Below, piece after piece: positions 1 to 13,589 of a stretch of DNA of 64,000 nt. The stretch's first letter is position 1. Each line of letters opens with the position of its first letter. Below the pieces are notes generated by a model, which was not told the origin of the DNA, made no database searches, and was given only the letters and a program-made list of their open reading frames with translations. The DNA lies in assembly GCF_009914755.1 (NCBI RefSeq), contig NC_060941.1; one strand, given 5' to 3'. Both the position numbers and the translations under genes were made by a program. The DNA comes from the human T2T-CHM13v2.0 reference genome, Homo sapiens.

Positions 1-262
1 GCTGAGAACTCCTGTCCCGCTCACTGGCAGCTTGTGGGACAGGAGGAATACGCCACAGGCCAGGCTGGGCCTGGGACCCTGAGCCCTTGGCAAAAGTGTC
101 TCTGGCCCAAACCTCCCTGAGACCCTACCCCGGGAGCTGAAGGGCCCAGTGGGTCCCACGCCTCTCTCATCTTTGGAGGCCCCTCCCCCCGTAAGAAAAT
201 GCCCCATGCCCAGGAAGCAGCCAGTGGGCTGAGAGAGAGACTGCTGGGGAAGGGGTACTGAC

Positions 263-366
263 CAGCCTGCAGGGTGGTCAGTGACTCCGACTCCTCGCTG
301 AACTCGCTGTCGCCAATGTCATTGGTCGCCTTCACTCGGAACTTGTAGGACGTGAAGGGCTTCAGC
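263..366 (-). CDS. SDK2: SDK2 exon (~31), 104 nt, FNIII-9 C-part: [34 protein letters not shown]
   Basis: ctacag|G...G|gtcagt, phase 2-1. Confidence 0.95.
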
Positions 367-750
367 CTGTAGGGAGAAATCAGGGCCAATGAGCCAAGGT
401 GCTCCTTAAAGGCCTCGCCCCATGCCCCCACCAAGGAGTCTCCCTGATCTGGCCCTGCTCGGGAAAGGGGGCAGGGTGCCAGCCTACTACACAGAAGGGC
501 ACACTGAGGCTCAGAAAGGAGCTTTGCTGCAAAGAGGACAAACTGGGACCCGGCCCCAGGGGTCCCAAGCACCTAGACCAGGTCCTCCAGACCATGCCAG
601 CTTGGGGTGCCTTTAGCCCCAGTTGTAAGCCATAGCATCCCGAGAAGGAAATGTCTGCAGCTTCCCCACTTCGCAGAACCATGCAGTCACAAAAGCACCA
701 ATACCTCCACTCGGAACAAACTCCTCCCCTGCCCCCAACAAACTGCCATC

Positions 751-1077
<327 letters not shown>

Positions 1078-1653
1078 TCTCTTTTTTAAATGTAGTAAAT
1101 TAGGGAGGAGCTGAGGTTCTCAAGAGTTAAGCAGTACTTCATCTCTATAAGCCTTATTTCCTCTGGGAGCAAACGTCTCTCTTTTAGATTTATGGGGGGT
1201 GGGAGAGGTGGGGAAGAAAGTATTGCTCAAAACTCCCGGTCACATCAACTGGAATATAAAAAATTCAACCCACTCGGAATTAAATTGAAGCTAGAATTTC
1301 GGAGTGACGCTCCACTCCCCTATTAAAGCTGGAGAGGAAGATACCGCCCGGCTGGAAGAATCACTAATGAAGGATGACAGGCACTTCACTAAAGGGGGAC
1401 TTCTAGGCTCCAGAAATAGATAATTAAGAGGCAACCTAACAGAGTTCCAGAGGGAACAGAGTGAGGAAGAGCAGGATAGAGCTGATTTGCGAGGGTGAGA
1501 GTGGACGCGGGGGCCGCCTGGGTGGTGCATGTAGGAGGAGAGCTGGGGGCAGGCTGGAGGTGTTTTCAGAAGGCCCCCTACCCAGTGGAGGAGCACCGCT
1601 GGTCCCGGCGGGGAGAGGGGCAGTGGGGATGCTGGCATGGACCCGAGCCTTAC

Positions 1654-1855
1654 CTGTCCACAATGAAGCTGGAGGCATTGTGGCTCACGGAGGCCGAGTG
1701 CAGTGCCCACCTGCCGCTGGGCAGCTCGCGGGTCTGGATGGTGTAGTAGCGCACAGGGGAGAGCCCGTCGCTCCCTGGCTCCCAGGACAGCAGCACGCTG
1801 CGTGCTCTCACATCCTCCTGCTGCACCATCGGCCTGCTGGGGGGCTGCGGACGGT
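1654..1855 (-). CDS. SDK2: SDK2 exon (~30), 202 nt, FNIII-9 N-part: [41 protein letters not shown]...SSFIVDR
   Basis: tcccag|AC...AG|gtaagg, phase 1-2. Confidence 0.95.
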
Positions 1856-2304
1856 CTGGGAGGTGGCAGAGGGGGAGGAGCAGGTGAGTGGGCCAGGCCA
1901 TGGTGGAGGGGGCTGGACTTTCTCGAGGGAGGAAAGGAGGTGATCTGGGCTCAGGCCTGGCATCCCCTTCCCATCCCAATTCCATGCACGCAGGATCCTT
2001 GCAGGTTCTCACACCTGGGTACAGCCAGCACCCCTCTCCTGGTTAGAGGCCCACCCTCAGGCTCCTAGAGCCCCAGGGCCTGGGAACTTACAGCTCCTCA
2101 GGGCAGCCCTAAGCAAGGATTGACGGTGAGGAGGGACAAACACCCACCCAGCTCCTTTGCTCCTGCCTGAAACGAGGCTGAGCCGGGCCCTGCGCTGTCC
2201 CTGATTGAGCAGGATGAGGTTGTTTCCCTACGAGAAGCGCTGCTTCATTCCAGGCCCTAGCTTGGCTTCCTTCTCTCCCCAGCCTCGCTGCCCCGCCCCT
2301 TCTG

Positions 2305-2510
2305 CAGGGCTTCTCAAACCTCAGCAGTACTGGAATTCAGAACAGATGACTCTGTGGCGGGGGCATCCTATGCAATGCAGGATGCTCAGCAGTGTCCCTG
2401 GCCTCCACCCACTTGATGCCAGTAGCACCCCCACACTGTGACAACCAAAATGTCTCCAGACATGTCCAATGTCCCCTGTGGCCAAAGAAGTCCCCAGTTG
2501 AGAAGCACTG
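2305..2510. mobile_element. MER20 (hAT-Charlie DNA transposon)
   Basis: ccctggcctccacccacttgatgccagtagcaccccc...gtgacaaccaaaatgtctccagaca...ttgagaagcactg matches the MER20 consensus as recalled. Confidence 0.85.
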
Positions 2511-2534
2511 TACTAATGGTTTTTCCTGAGTACA

Positions 2535-2785
2535 TTTTCTTCTTCCTTCCCTCCCTTCCTTCCCTCCCTCCTTCCTTCCTTCCCTCCCTCTCCTTCCTTC
2601 CTTCCTTCCCCCCTCCTTTCCTTTTCTTTCTCCCTCTCTTTTCTCCCTCCTTCTCTTCCTTCTCCCTCCCTCCCTCCCTCCCTCCCTCTTTCCCCCCTTC
2701 CCTCCCCTCCCTTTCCCTTCCCCCTCCCCTCCCCTCTCCTCCCTTCCCCTTCCCCTTCCCCTTCCCCTCCTTCCTTTTTCTTTCG
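2535..2785 (+). repeat. ~250-nt pure polypyrimidine low-complexity tract (CCTT/CCCT/CCCCTT)
   Basis: Directly visible; essentially no purines. Confidence 0.97.
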
Positions 2786-2794
2786 TTATTTAAA

Positions 2795-3312
<518 letters not shown>

Positions 3313-3521
3313 GAGAGTAGTTTCTAATATATCCCTATCAGGCCAGTCGGGGTCCCAGGCTTGCTTTTGGGGAGTCCAAGATCAGGCAAGGTGCCAGCTC
3401 AGGGCAGCAGTGCAGTGGCAGCCGGGGCTCCAGGCTGCAGCCCTGATCCTGCGCCCATCTGTGTTGACAAGGCCAGGGCTGCGAGTGGGGAGGGGAGAGG
3501 GAAGATGGTCACTAACCCTCC

Positions 3522-3821
3522 CTTAATTAATTAATTAATTTAGACAGAGTCTTGTTCTGTCACCCAGGCTGGAGTGCAGTGGTGCGATCTTGGCTCACTG
3601 CAACCTCCGTCCCCCAGGTTCAAGTGATTCTCGTGTCTCAGCTTCCTGAGTAGCTGGGATTACAGGTGTGTGCCACCACGCTGGCTAATTTTTGTATTTT
3701 TAGTAGAGACGGGGTTTCACCATGTTGGCTAGGCTGGTCTCAAACTCCTGACCTCAAGTGATCCACCCGCCTTGGCCTCCCAAAGTGCTGGGATTACAGG
3801 CGTGAGCCACTAAGCCTGGCC
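3522..3821 (-). mobile_element. Alu with (TTAA)n tail
   Basis: Alu consensus match. Confidence 0.93.
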
Positions 3822-4059
3822 ACAAACTTTCCCTTTAGAAGACCAGACCAGAGTAGGGTCCTTGGGTGTGAACTTGCGGCTCATCTCTGGGAGTCTATTA
3901 GACCCCTTGCTGACTTTGACTTCAGAGATTGGAGCCCACCTTCCATTCTCATCCAGGGCACTGCAGCTCATACCAGCCATCCACTAGGAACAGCTCAGAG
4001 CACTGGCTGGCCCCCCCTCAGCTGCCCCCAAGCCTTCCCTGGCCCCCGTGGGCAGTCAC

Positions 4060-4254
4060 CTCTCTTCTCGGTGGTCACCACCAAGGCCTCGGCAGCTTCT
4101 CCCCAGCCCTTGCGGGTCTGGGCCGTGATGCGGAACAGGTAGACAGACTCTGGCTTGAGGCCCGTGGCTGTGTACTGCCGGGCGCTGGGTGCCAGCACCT
4201 CCACAGTGGCGGTGTTGGCCGTGGTGGTGTTGAGCCGGTGTGTGATCTGGTAAG
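4060..4254 (-). CDS. SDK2: SDK2 exon (~29), 195 nt, FNIII-8 C-half: [20 protein letters not shown]...[16 protein letters not shown]
   Basis: ccacag|CT...G|gtgact, phase 1-1. Confidence 0.95.
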
Positions 4255-5212
4255 CTGTGGGAAGGAAGCACATGGCTATTATGGCAAGCAAGGCAAGCCG
4301 CTCCTAGGGCCCCGGGAAGGGTTGTTCCGTCCAAAGCCACAGCTGTGTCTGTACATGGCCACCTTGCCGTGGTCCCTTTGGCTGTGGTCTGTCTGCCTGA
4401 GGTCTCTGGGTCACTCTCCAGTCTTCAGCTGCCACCTGGGGAGGGTGGACTGTGGGTGGCATGGAGAGGCACTCTATGCACAGTGTCTGTGACCCCCGTA
4501 ACAGCCCCAAGTGAAGAAACTGAGGCCCGGAGAGGCCAGACCACCTGCTGGTAAGTGACAGAGCTGGAATCCCAGCCCAGGTCTTTCTGGGCTAATGCAC
4601 TTGTCCTTCCTGCCCCCACTCTGTCTTGGGGATGTGGCATTGCTCTAGGGCAGGTGGTGCGTGAGGTCAGGACTGAGAACCCTGGGACAGGTACAGGTAG
4701 TCCAAGCCCCCATTTTAAAGGTGAGGGCACTGAGGCCGCAGAGGGGAGTAGACTTGCTCAAGTTCACGCAGCTGCCGACCGGAACCCTGGGTGTGTGTAT
4801 TGGGGGAACTCTAAATGTGAGATGAAGCTTCCCATCTGTAGCCTCCCTCCTGTGCGCCTTGAGACTCTTTTCCAGCTGTGCTGAGCCTGCCAGCGTGCCC
4901 TCACTTGGCCATGCTAAGGAACAGCGTCCGAGGTTTACCAGATGGCCGGCAGGCTGGGGGCCTGGGGACATTTGGGGACGCAAAGCCAACCCATGACTCT
5001 TAAGGGACTTCAACTCTGATCTTGCCCTCCGGAAGATAATCTTACACACTGGAATTTCTAGCAGGAGGACTAACACCCAGATCCCATTCTAGAGGGGATG
5101 TGGAGGCTCCCTGGACCTACTCTCCCTCAAGCTGGTAACGAAGTGGCCTCCTTTGCAGCTCATGCCTCTTCCTTCTTCCTGCAGCCGGGGCACGGGAAGG
5201 GCAAAGGCTTAC

Positions 5213-5311
5213 CAAGAATGATGCCATTGGGGGCGGCAGGGGGCTGCCAGATCAGCCGCACAGACGTGGTCCGCACCTCTGGGAACAGGATGCCCATGGG
5301 TGGTCCTGGGA
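5213..5311 (-). CDS. SDK2: SDK2 exon (~28), 99 nt, FNIII-8 N-half: [33 protein letters not shown]
   Basis: ctccag|TC...G|gtaagc, phase 1-1; translated directly from sequence. Confidence 0.94.
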
Positions 5312-6035
5312 CTGGAGGGGGCAAAGGAGAGGAGGCCGACCCATGAGGCTGCCGCTCAGCTGGGGATGAGCCCAGCTCGGGCAGAGCAGCCTGGCAGGGT
5401 GGAGGGGGAAGGGGCCGCCCAGCTCAGTGAATTTCTGTGGAGTACTGCCCTGTGCCTGACACTGTGTTAGGAGCCAGGGGCAAGAACGTGGAACCAAGGG
5501 GGCTTTCTGCCCTCAAAATAGGCATCATTTGGCAGCGACCTGAGGCTCCAGCTTCCTCTGCTCATTGTCTGTATACACGCCCCAGAACCGGGCTGCCCTC
5601 AGAGCTGGGCGCGTGGGCCCTGGATGGATGCGTCAGTGCTTCAGAAGGTCCTGTTCTGACTTCCTTCCACCCATGGGGTGAAGTGGCCGTGGGGTAATGG
5701 GAAATGCCCACCCCCAGCCTGCACCACTCCTCTCTCTCTCTAGACCTTGCTCTGGAATCCTGGGACCCCGGAATTCCCTGCCCAGAGAGGCCTAAGCACG
5801 CTTCCAGAGGCTGCATGGGCCTCGTCCCCACATCCACCCTCCTGAGGGTAGGCTATGCACCCCTGGCTCCAGGGAAGGCCAAGCGGTAGCTATTTTGCAG
5901 GTGTGGAGATGAAGATTGAATGGAGTGGGTCAAAGGACAGGGTGAGGAGAGAATGGGGCAGGGGGTGGGGGAGGGTAGCTGGGGAGGGGCACTCTTCCTG
6001 TGTTGCCGCACTGCAGAACAGAATAAGATGTCTGA

Positions 6036-6342
<307 letters not shown>

Positions 6343-6685
6343 TGAGATTTCTAAACTTGAACCTGGCCTTCCAGATCGTTGTAAGGGTATATCTGTCAAG
6401 GCAGGAGGATAGAACATATTTAACGGTTCATTAGCTTGATGAATAATGTTAGCATATGCAAACATATGGTATTTGGGCTTCCTTCTGCACTCTGGTCCGG
6501 TTCCTGCAAATGTCTGTGGTGGGCAGTAGGTGGGGGCGTGTGCGGGGAGATAGGAGGGGGCAAGGGATGCATTGGTGAGCTTCTGATGGGGAGTTTTGCT
6601 ACAGGGATGAATGCCTGCAGCCCACTGGTGACATTCTTTTGCAAACAGGACCAGGAGGTTCGTGCGTCCAGGAAAAATACTTTCA

Positions 6686-7117
<432 letters not shown>

Positions 7118-7334
7118 TCAAACTGCCTCCGCATTGTCCTCAGGGATACACAGGCTGTAATTAGCATCCCCTGCAGTGGGGCTGGTAGCTCTGGGTGACC
7201 CATCCCTACCGGAGGCATCTGAGGCCATGGCTCCCTGTGGGGCAGAGCCTGACCCCAGAAGGGCAAGGCCAGATGGGCAGGAGGAAGGGCGGCTCCTCCC
7301 AGCCTTCCCCAAGCTTGCTGGGATACGGACTCAC

Positions 7335-7524
7335 CATCATCCAGCGTCCGCTCCAGGATGGGAGGGTGGCTGGGGCTGCCGTCCCCGATGCGTGTGAAGG
7401 CCAGCACCTGGACTTCATAGAGCACGTATTTGCCCAAGCCGGTGAGCTGGGCACTGCGAGACGAGTTGCCTTCCACCAGCCAGAATCGGGGCTGGGTGTC
7501 CGAGTCCTTCTCCTTATACATCAC
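7335..7524 (-). CDS. SDK2: SDK2 exon (~27), 190 nt, FNIII-7 C-half: [14 protein letters not shown]...[25 protein letters not shown]
   Basis: tgacag|GTG...G|gtgagt, phase 0-1. Confidence 0.95.
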
Positions 7525-7983
7525 CTGTCAGGGCCCAGCACAGGGTGAGGGCCTCAGGCCTGCATCTCACCCATCTACACTTTTCCCGAGTCTCATCCCC
7601 AGGATGAGCAGCTGTGTGTCACACATCTCCCAACTTCCAGACCAGGGCTGGACCATGTGGCTAGGCACAGCTTTAAAAGGAATTCTAAAAGATAATGAAA
7701 AGCAAAACTGGGTCCAACAGAGCTGAGTGAGGCTGGGGGCATCCAGCGTGGCCTCCCGGGAGAGATGGAGCAGCCCTAGGCCCTGGGTCCTTTCTGGGTG
7801 CCTCCTCACCCACAAGGGATGACTCATGGTTGCCATGGTGACCATTGGCTAGGACGCCAGGCAGATCCCCTGTATCCACTCTAGGAGGCAGAGACCTAGA
7901 GGGTGATAAGGACAAGGCCCCTTGGATGGAGAGGCTGGAGGGGCCAGTGTAGGGACCCCACCTCCTGGGATCCCGGGACTCAC

Positions 7984-8099
7984 CTTATAGCCCAGCACGA
8001 GACCGTTGCGATCAGCCTCGGGGACCTCGCTCCAGCGCACCAGCATGCTGCTGGAGGTGGTGGCCAGTGCAGACACATTGGTGGGGCCGGAAGAGGGAA
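7984..8099 (-). CDS. SDK2: SDK2 exon (~26), 116 nt, FNIII-7 N-half: [39 protein letters not shown]
   Basis: ccacag|TT...AAG|gtgagt, phase 1-0. Confidence 0.95.
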
Positions 8100-8929
8100 C
8101 TGTGGGGGAAAGGGAGTGGAGAGAAGGCACTCAGGACCCAACGTTGACTGTGCAAGGGAAGTGGACCAGGACAGGGGGCCGAGGGAGGGGCCAGCTCGAT
8201 GTTGCCTCTCTATGGAAGAAACGTGGCACACATGGTCCCCAAACTGCAAACAATCCCACTAAGATGGCCTTTGGTTTTGGAATGCTGCAGATGCCGTTTC
8301 CGGTTTCAGATGAGCCTCCTCACAGGATTCTCTGCTCAGGTTAGGATTAGATGAGCTTGCATTTCCTGCTAGCACAGCAGAGAGGGCTGGCAGAGGGACC
8401 AGGGTGGCCCAGGAGAGCTGTCTGTCATTTAAAGGGTGCCAGGAAAAAGCCACAGAGCAGTGAACCATGTGTGGATGGATGAGAGTTGCCTGAATGCTGG
8501 GCTCACATTCTGTGGGTCACCCCTGGGCAGGCCCCCAGGAGCTTCCGGTAGTGATTCTGGAATGTCCTGAGAGCTAACCCTTTCCTCGACCCCTCCACTG
8601 TGGTCTTTCAGGCACCACTGGGTTTCAGGGTTAAAGCTGAGGGCAGGAGAGTGGGCAGTATGAATGGTGGAGCCTACCCAGCTGTCCTCCAGAGGCAGGG
8701 ATACCCCCGCCCCCCTTGGGAATATGGGAATAGCAGGCACAGTTGCAGAGAAGTGGCAGGTGCTGGGAGAGGCGGCAACATCATTGTGACATTGAGCATA
8801 AGCAGAGGAAATGAGCTCAGGCTGTTTTTGAACAACACCTTCAGCCTGGCACGCGCTTGGATGACCCTGAGGGCATAGAGACCAAGGAGGGGACAGGCAG
8901 CAGGGTGGCTGGGTGTGAGGGGTTGGTAC

Positions 8930-9167
8930 CTGACTCCCGGGTCCTGCCCACCACCGTCTGGCTCCAGGGCCCGCTCCCGATGGCGTTGAAGGCCTGGACC
9001 TGGACGCGGTACTCTGTCCACTCCTCCAGGTCCTCGATGGTGTAGTCCCGCTCCACACGGTCCTGCACCACGTGGCTCAGCGTCTTGCCATGCCCGTCTG
9101 ACCGGCTGTACTTGATCTTATAGCCCACGGACTCAGGGTTCCCATTGTATTCCATCTCCGGGAGAGG
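8930..9167 (-). CDS. SDK2: SDK2 exon (~25), 238 nt, FNIII-6: [20 protein letters not shown]...[22 protein letters not shown]
   Basis: ctgcag|CCT...G|gtacca, phase 0-1. Confidence 0.95.
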
Positions 9168-9686
9168 CTGCAGCGGGGCAGGGGTGGCAAAGCTGCTATG
9201 AGCCAGGCCCCCCACTGTGCAGGGAGGAACTGCCCTGCTACCCTCTCCTCCAGGGCGCCTTCAGGGCTATCCATCCCACTGTCACCCGGTCAGTGTCCAC
9301 ATGAGGCTCTCTCACCCGAGTGTGGCTTAGGTTGTGTGACTGTGTTTCTGATGGGCTCTTATCTTCCTGCAGGGAGGACAGAGAAGCAGCATCCTTTCTT
9401 TATTGTGTATGTGACAAATCTATTACCCTGCCAAGGGAGTCAGGAGCCACAAAGGCTGTGTGTCTGACACACCGATAGCACCGCCACCTTTGGCTCTGCT
9501 GTCTCTGCTGCTTACCTCTGTCACTCAGGCTGCCAGCACACACTTAATTGCCTACCGCACCTGGTCTCAGCTCATGCCTGCCTTTGAGTGAGCATGGGCA
9601 GAGAGCAGGATGAGTGGGGCACCTGCCAGTCAGGAAGTCCTTCTGTCCAGCAAACCTCAGCCTCTCCTGCTGCATTTTCAGCCTCC

Positions 9687-9950
9687 TTTTTCTTTTCTTT
9701 TTTTTTTTTAAGACAGGGTCTGGCTCTGTCTCTCAGGCTGCAGTGCCATGGTGCTGTCTCAGCTCACTGCAACCTCTACCTCCTGGGCTCAAGCAATCTC
9801 TTGCTGGGACTATAGGCGTGTGCCACTATGCCTGCTAAGTTTTGTAGAGACGAGGTTTCGCCATGTTGATCTCAAACTCCTCAGCTCAAGTCATCTGCTC
9901 GCCTCGGCCTCCCAAAGTGCTGGGATTACAAGCCACCACGCCCAACCAGC
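9687..9950 (-). mobile_element. Degenerate AluJ
   Basis: Alu-like arms with internal deletions. Confidence 0.85.
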
Positions 9951-11809
9951 CTCCTCCTTCTTGTTTGAGTCTCACAGAAAAGAAAAGTCAGATTTCTTTG
10001 GGGCCTTAGGACTAGGCTGATGGGGCTGTGGTCACCAGCTTAAGGTTGTGTGGATGACCATGGGCAGTGCTGGTGAGAGTGGAGGTGTGCACACAGGGAG
10101 GGGAGCCCAGGGCCTGGCCTCCACTACTCTGAAGGGCACAGAGCTGGAGTGGGGGCATCTCCAGCCCTCACCTCCCCCAGTTCTGCTTCCCCAGGGGCTC
10201 TGGAGGGCCCTTGGTCCACAGGCTCACCCTAGGCTGACCCACTTTACCCCACTCCTCACCTTCGGCCCCAACCTCCCCTGCTCACTACACGCTTCCTCCC
10301 TCCTGCAGACACTTAGTGAAGCCGACCAAAGACCATTAAGATAGCAATCGATGGTCCTGAGAGCCGGAGATGGGGCTTAAGTGCAAATTCCTTTACCTGC
10401 TGAGGAAAGGTAATGGACCACGCACCATTAAGCGTGGGCCTGAGAAGTGTCTAGGGCCCTGTGCCACATGGCAGCTGCCTTTCTATTCCCCCATGCAGTC
10501 CCTGCCCTCGGCATCAGGCTCTAACCTTTTAGTAGCTGCAAACCTTAAAGTGAGATTCAGGAAGGAAGCAGGGAGCCAGCCTGGGGTGGGGATGCCTGGG
10601 AGCAAAGAGGCAGGAGGTGGGTATAGTCACACTGTGCACGGGGCACTGAGGTGGGCCGAGACAGCTCTGCAGCTCTGCTCAGGCACCAGCCACTCTGGGA
10701 AGGGAACTGCAATCAATAACTCATATTTATCGAGGACTGACGGCGCCAAGCGCTTTCATGGCCGCTAGCATCAAGCTGTCCGCGCACAGGAACGGCAATA
10801 ATGACTTCACAGTGTGGTGTGTTTGCAAGTTGTGTTTTGCACAATGAGTGAGATCTTACGTGGAAACAAAGGGTTTGTGTGGTCAGATGGGCCTGGGGAA
10901 GCAGGGTCAAGAGGGCTCCTGCTATGCTAGTGTTCCTGGATTCTCTATGGAGCTGTGGTATGTGGTGCTGTTCCCACATTTATTTGTCTAAGAATTCTTG
11001 TTTGCTCCACACGCCTCCTGGGATTGCTGCTCTGTGGGACACGTGCTGGGAAACGATGTTCCAGAGGGCCTGGTGGGGAGAAGTGGCCTGTTCTCCAGAG
11101 GATGAGACGGCAGTGTGCCCGATGGTTAGGGCTGTGGACTTGCGGGTAAAGATTCCCCGGGTTGGGACCTCAGCCCTGCTGTTCATGAAAGCACGTGGGA
11201 GGATACGGGAGAACTTGGGCGAGTGATCTGACCTCTCTTCTGCCCCGGTTTCCTCATCTGCAAAAGGGGGACCAGGATCACTCTGCTGTCACAGGCTTGT
11301 TGTCAGAACAGCGCCTGGTAGGAGAGGAAGCCTCGGTGTGTTACTGTCACTACCTCGTGCAGGATGGCCCACGGTCAGGACCCTCAACACACAGCCCGGA
11401 TCTGGGGACACTCTCTGAATGCCACAGTGGCACTTGAACCCCAGACCCGCCGCTTGGGAGCTGTGTGGCTGTGGGCAAGTTCTTAACCTCTCTGAGCCTC
11501 AGTTTTCTTAGCTGTAAATTGGGATGATCATGTATCCTTTGTAAGATTATTGGGAGAATCAAATGGGATGAAAATTTAAAATGCTTGCCACTTGGCGATG
11601 CTCAGTAAACAGTATTTTTGAGCTCCTTCCTCTCATCGGCGGGCGGGGGGGCATTTGTTCGTTGGGCTAAGATGTTGATTATCAGGCATCTCATCAGAAA
11701 ACAGAAAGAGAGGAGAAAGGAGCTGTAGGAATTCTGATGTGCACCTTCTAGGAGGCAATGACCAGAAGCTCATGGAGAGGTCCCACCCCTGCCCTCGAGG
11801 GAGCCTTAC

Positions 11810-11960
11810 CATCCAGCGCAGCCACAGGCTGGTCTCACTGGCTGTGCGCAGAGACACATTGGCTGGGGCCATGTCAGGGGGTGCCTGCAGGGTCTGGATC
11901 TTTCTAGAAGGCTGACTGGGGGGGCTGGTGCCCACGATGTTCACCTGGCGCATGCGGAAG
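11810..11960 (-). CDS. SDK2: SDK2 exon (~24), 151 nt, FNIII-5 end / FNIII-6 start: [50 protein letters not shown]
   Basis: ccccag|C...ATG|gtaagg, phase 2-0. Confidence 0.95.
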
Positions 11961-12094
11961 CTGGGGTTGGGGAGAGATGAGCAAGATGGTAAGGGCAGCT
12001 CACCCAACTCTCAACCCTGTCCTGGTCTGGGCCATAGCCCCCACCCACCCCCAGCCCTGAGGCTGCTGCCTTCTCCCCGGGCCAGTCTCATTAC

Positions 12095-12204
12095 CTGTAG
12101 CAGGTGAAGGGGTTGAGGTCGGGCACCTCCATGGAGCGGGCATCGGGCTCATTGGAGAGCTGGTGGATCAGCAACCACTCCTCTCCCTCCCCAACCACGC
12201 CTAC
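12095..12204 (-). CDS. SDK2: SDK2 exon (~23), 110 nt, FNIII-5 middle: [37 protein letters not shown]
   Basis: ttccag|GTA...AG|gtaatg, phase 0-2; translated directly from sequence. Confidence 0.93.
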
Positions 12205-12369
12205 CTGGAAAAGGGCAGGATCTTAGGCCTGTCCAGCCTACAGGGCCCACACGGGGTGCTCCGAGCCCCAGTACAAGCCCTGCCAGGGAAGAAGTTGGTT
12301 CAGAACCCAGGGCTCATCTGGAGGGCACCATATGGGGCTACCATCTTTCCAGGCCCCTAAACATGACTG

Positions 12370-12680
12370 CAAGTGTGACTCAACCCTCCTGCCTTAGAAT
12401 CTCTCAGGATGCTTGTGATCAATATATTCCTGGATTCTGGAGTCAGAATGAGTTTAAATCTAACTCCACTACTTACAGAATCCCTCGAGTGCTGCCCAGG
12501 AATCTGTGCTTTTAACAAGCAGCCCAGGTGATTCTCTTGAACACCCCGGGTACTTCCAGAGACCCAGGCTGCCCCTCAAATCAGCTAAATCAGAATCAGA
12601 GTTTCTGGGGTAGGGGCACAGGTGTTGGCGCTTCTGAACGCTCCCCTGATGATTCCAGGGTACAGCCAAGGCGGATATTT
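12370..12680. mobile_element. MER5-family fragments
   Basis: ttagaatc...cccaggaatctgtgcttttaacaagcagcccaggtgattct and aatcagaatcagagtttctggggtagggg. Confidence 0.6.
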
Positions 12681-12942
12681 TTATATTCCAGCAACTGGGT
12701 ATTTTTCTAGGCACCCCCCGACCCAGGAGGGGACTGTAGTGTGTGTGTGTTTTTCCATGTACACAGGTGAGGGGCAGGGGGAGTTGGAGACAACATTGGC
12801 AAGTGTGAACATTTGGAGTATAATGGGCCATTGAGAGCTGCACATGAAAATTCACACAGGCCGAAATACACATAAGATTTTGCACTCAAGGGCACGGGGT
12901 GCCCTGGCGGGGGCTGCTGGTCAGGCCCCAGGCCTGCCCTAC

Positions 12943-13064
12943 CTGGGCTTCCACCAGCCAGCGGGAGATGGAGGTTTTCCCATCGTAGCCTGGCCTGAAC
13001 TGCAAGGTCACAGAGCGGGGGCCGATGTTGGAAATGCCCAGGTTGGTGGGGGGCCCTGGGAGTT
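12943..13064 (-). CDS. SDK2: SDK2 exon (~22), 122 nt, FNIII-5 start: [41 protein letters not shown]
   Basis: ttccag|AA...CAG|gtaggg, phase 1-0. Confidence 0.95.
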
Positions 13065-13589
13065 CTGGAAAAGGAGAACAGGGTGGGGAAGGAGATCCGG
13101 TGAGAATGGCCCCCCATGTTGAACGGGACTGTTGGGCATGGAGGGGGCTGTGTGTCACGCTTTTCCTGGAAATGTCTGAGGAGAAGCACAGCCACGGCCC
13201 CACTCCACCCACAGTCTTTGTTCCTGTGTCTTACGGAGAACCATGTTCATGCCAGGAGGCTGAGACAGAGTTGGGGGTCAAAGGGGATCTCCTAGGGCTG
13301 AGAGGAGGCTCTCAGGGCCAGGAAACAGGGGCCGGGATGCCACCTTCTTCCTGGCAGTTCTGGATGTGAGTGAGGTAATCATAAGGCAGCTGAAAGCTGC
13401 ATTAAAACCAAGCTGTGCTGAGAAAGAAACCAAACGGGACCGATCCTCCCTTCCATCCGCCCAGACCCCTGCACACCTCCTACGCCTAATTACAGCTCAG
13501 GAAGGTGAGAGGATGGGTGGGGACAGGGGGAAGCTTATTTTCCGGCCAGGAATCCTGGGGCTCTTGGAGCTCAGGAACAACAGAAAGAA

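Noticed and set aside
1461-1943. + strand ORFs overlapping exons (also 7195, 46530, 50303) as an antisense gene
   Set aside because: Expected antisense shadows of GC-rich coding exons; no splice or promoter support.
3995-4062. RGD motif (TEKRGDC) at the end of an FNIII-8 ORF
   Set aside because: It exists only by reading through the donor; the spliced protein reads TEKRDRP. No evidence for intron retention.
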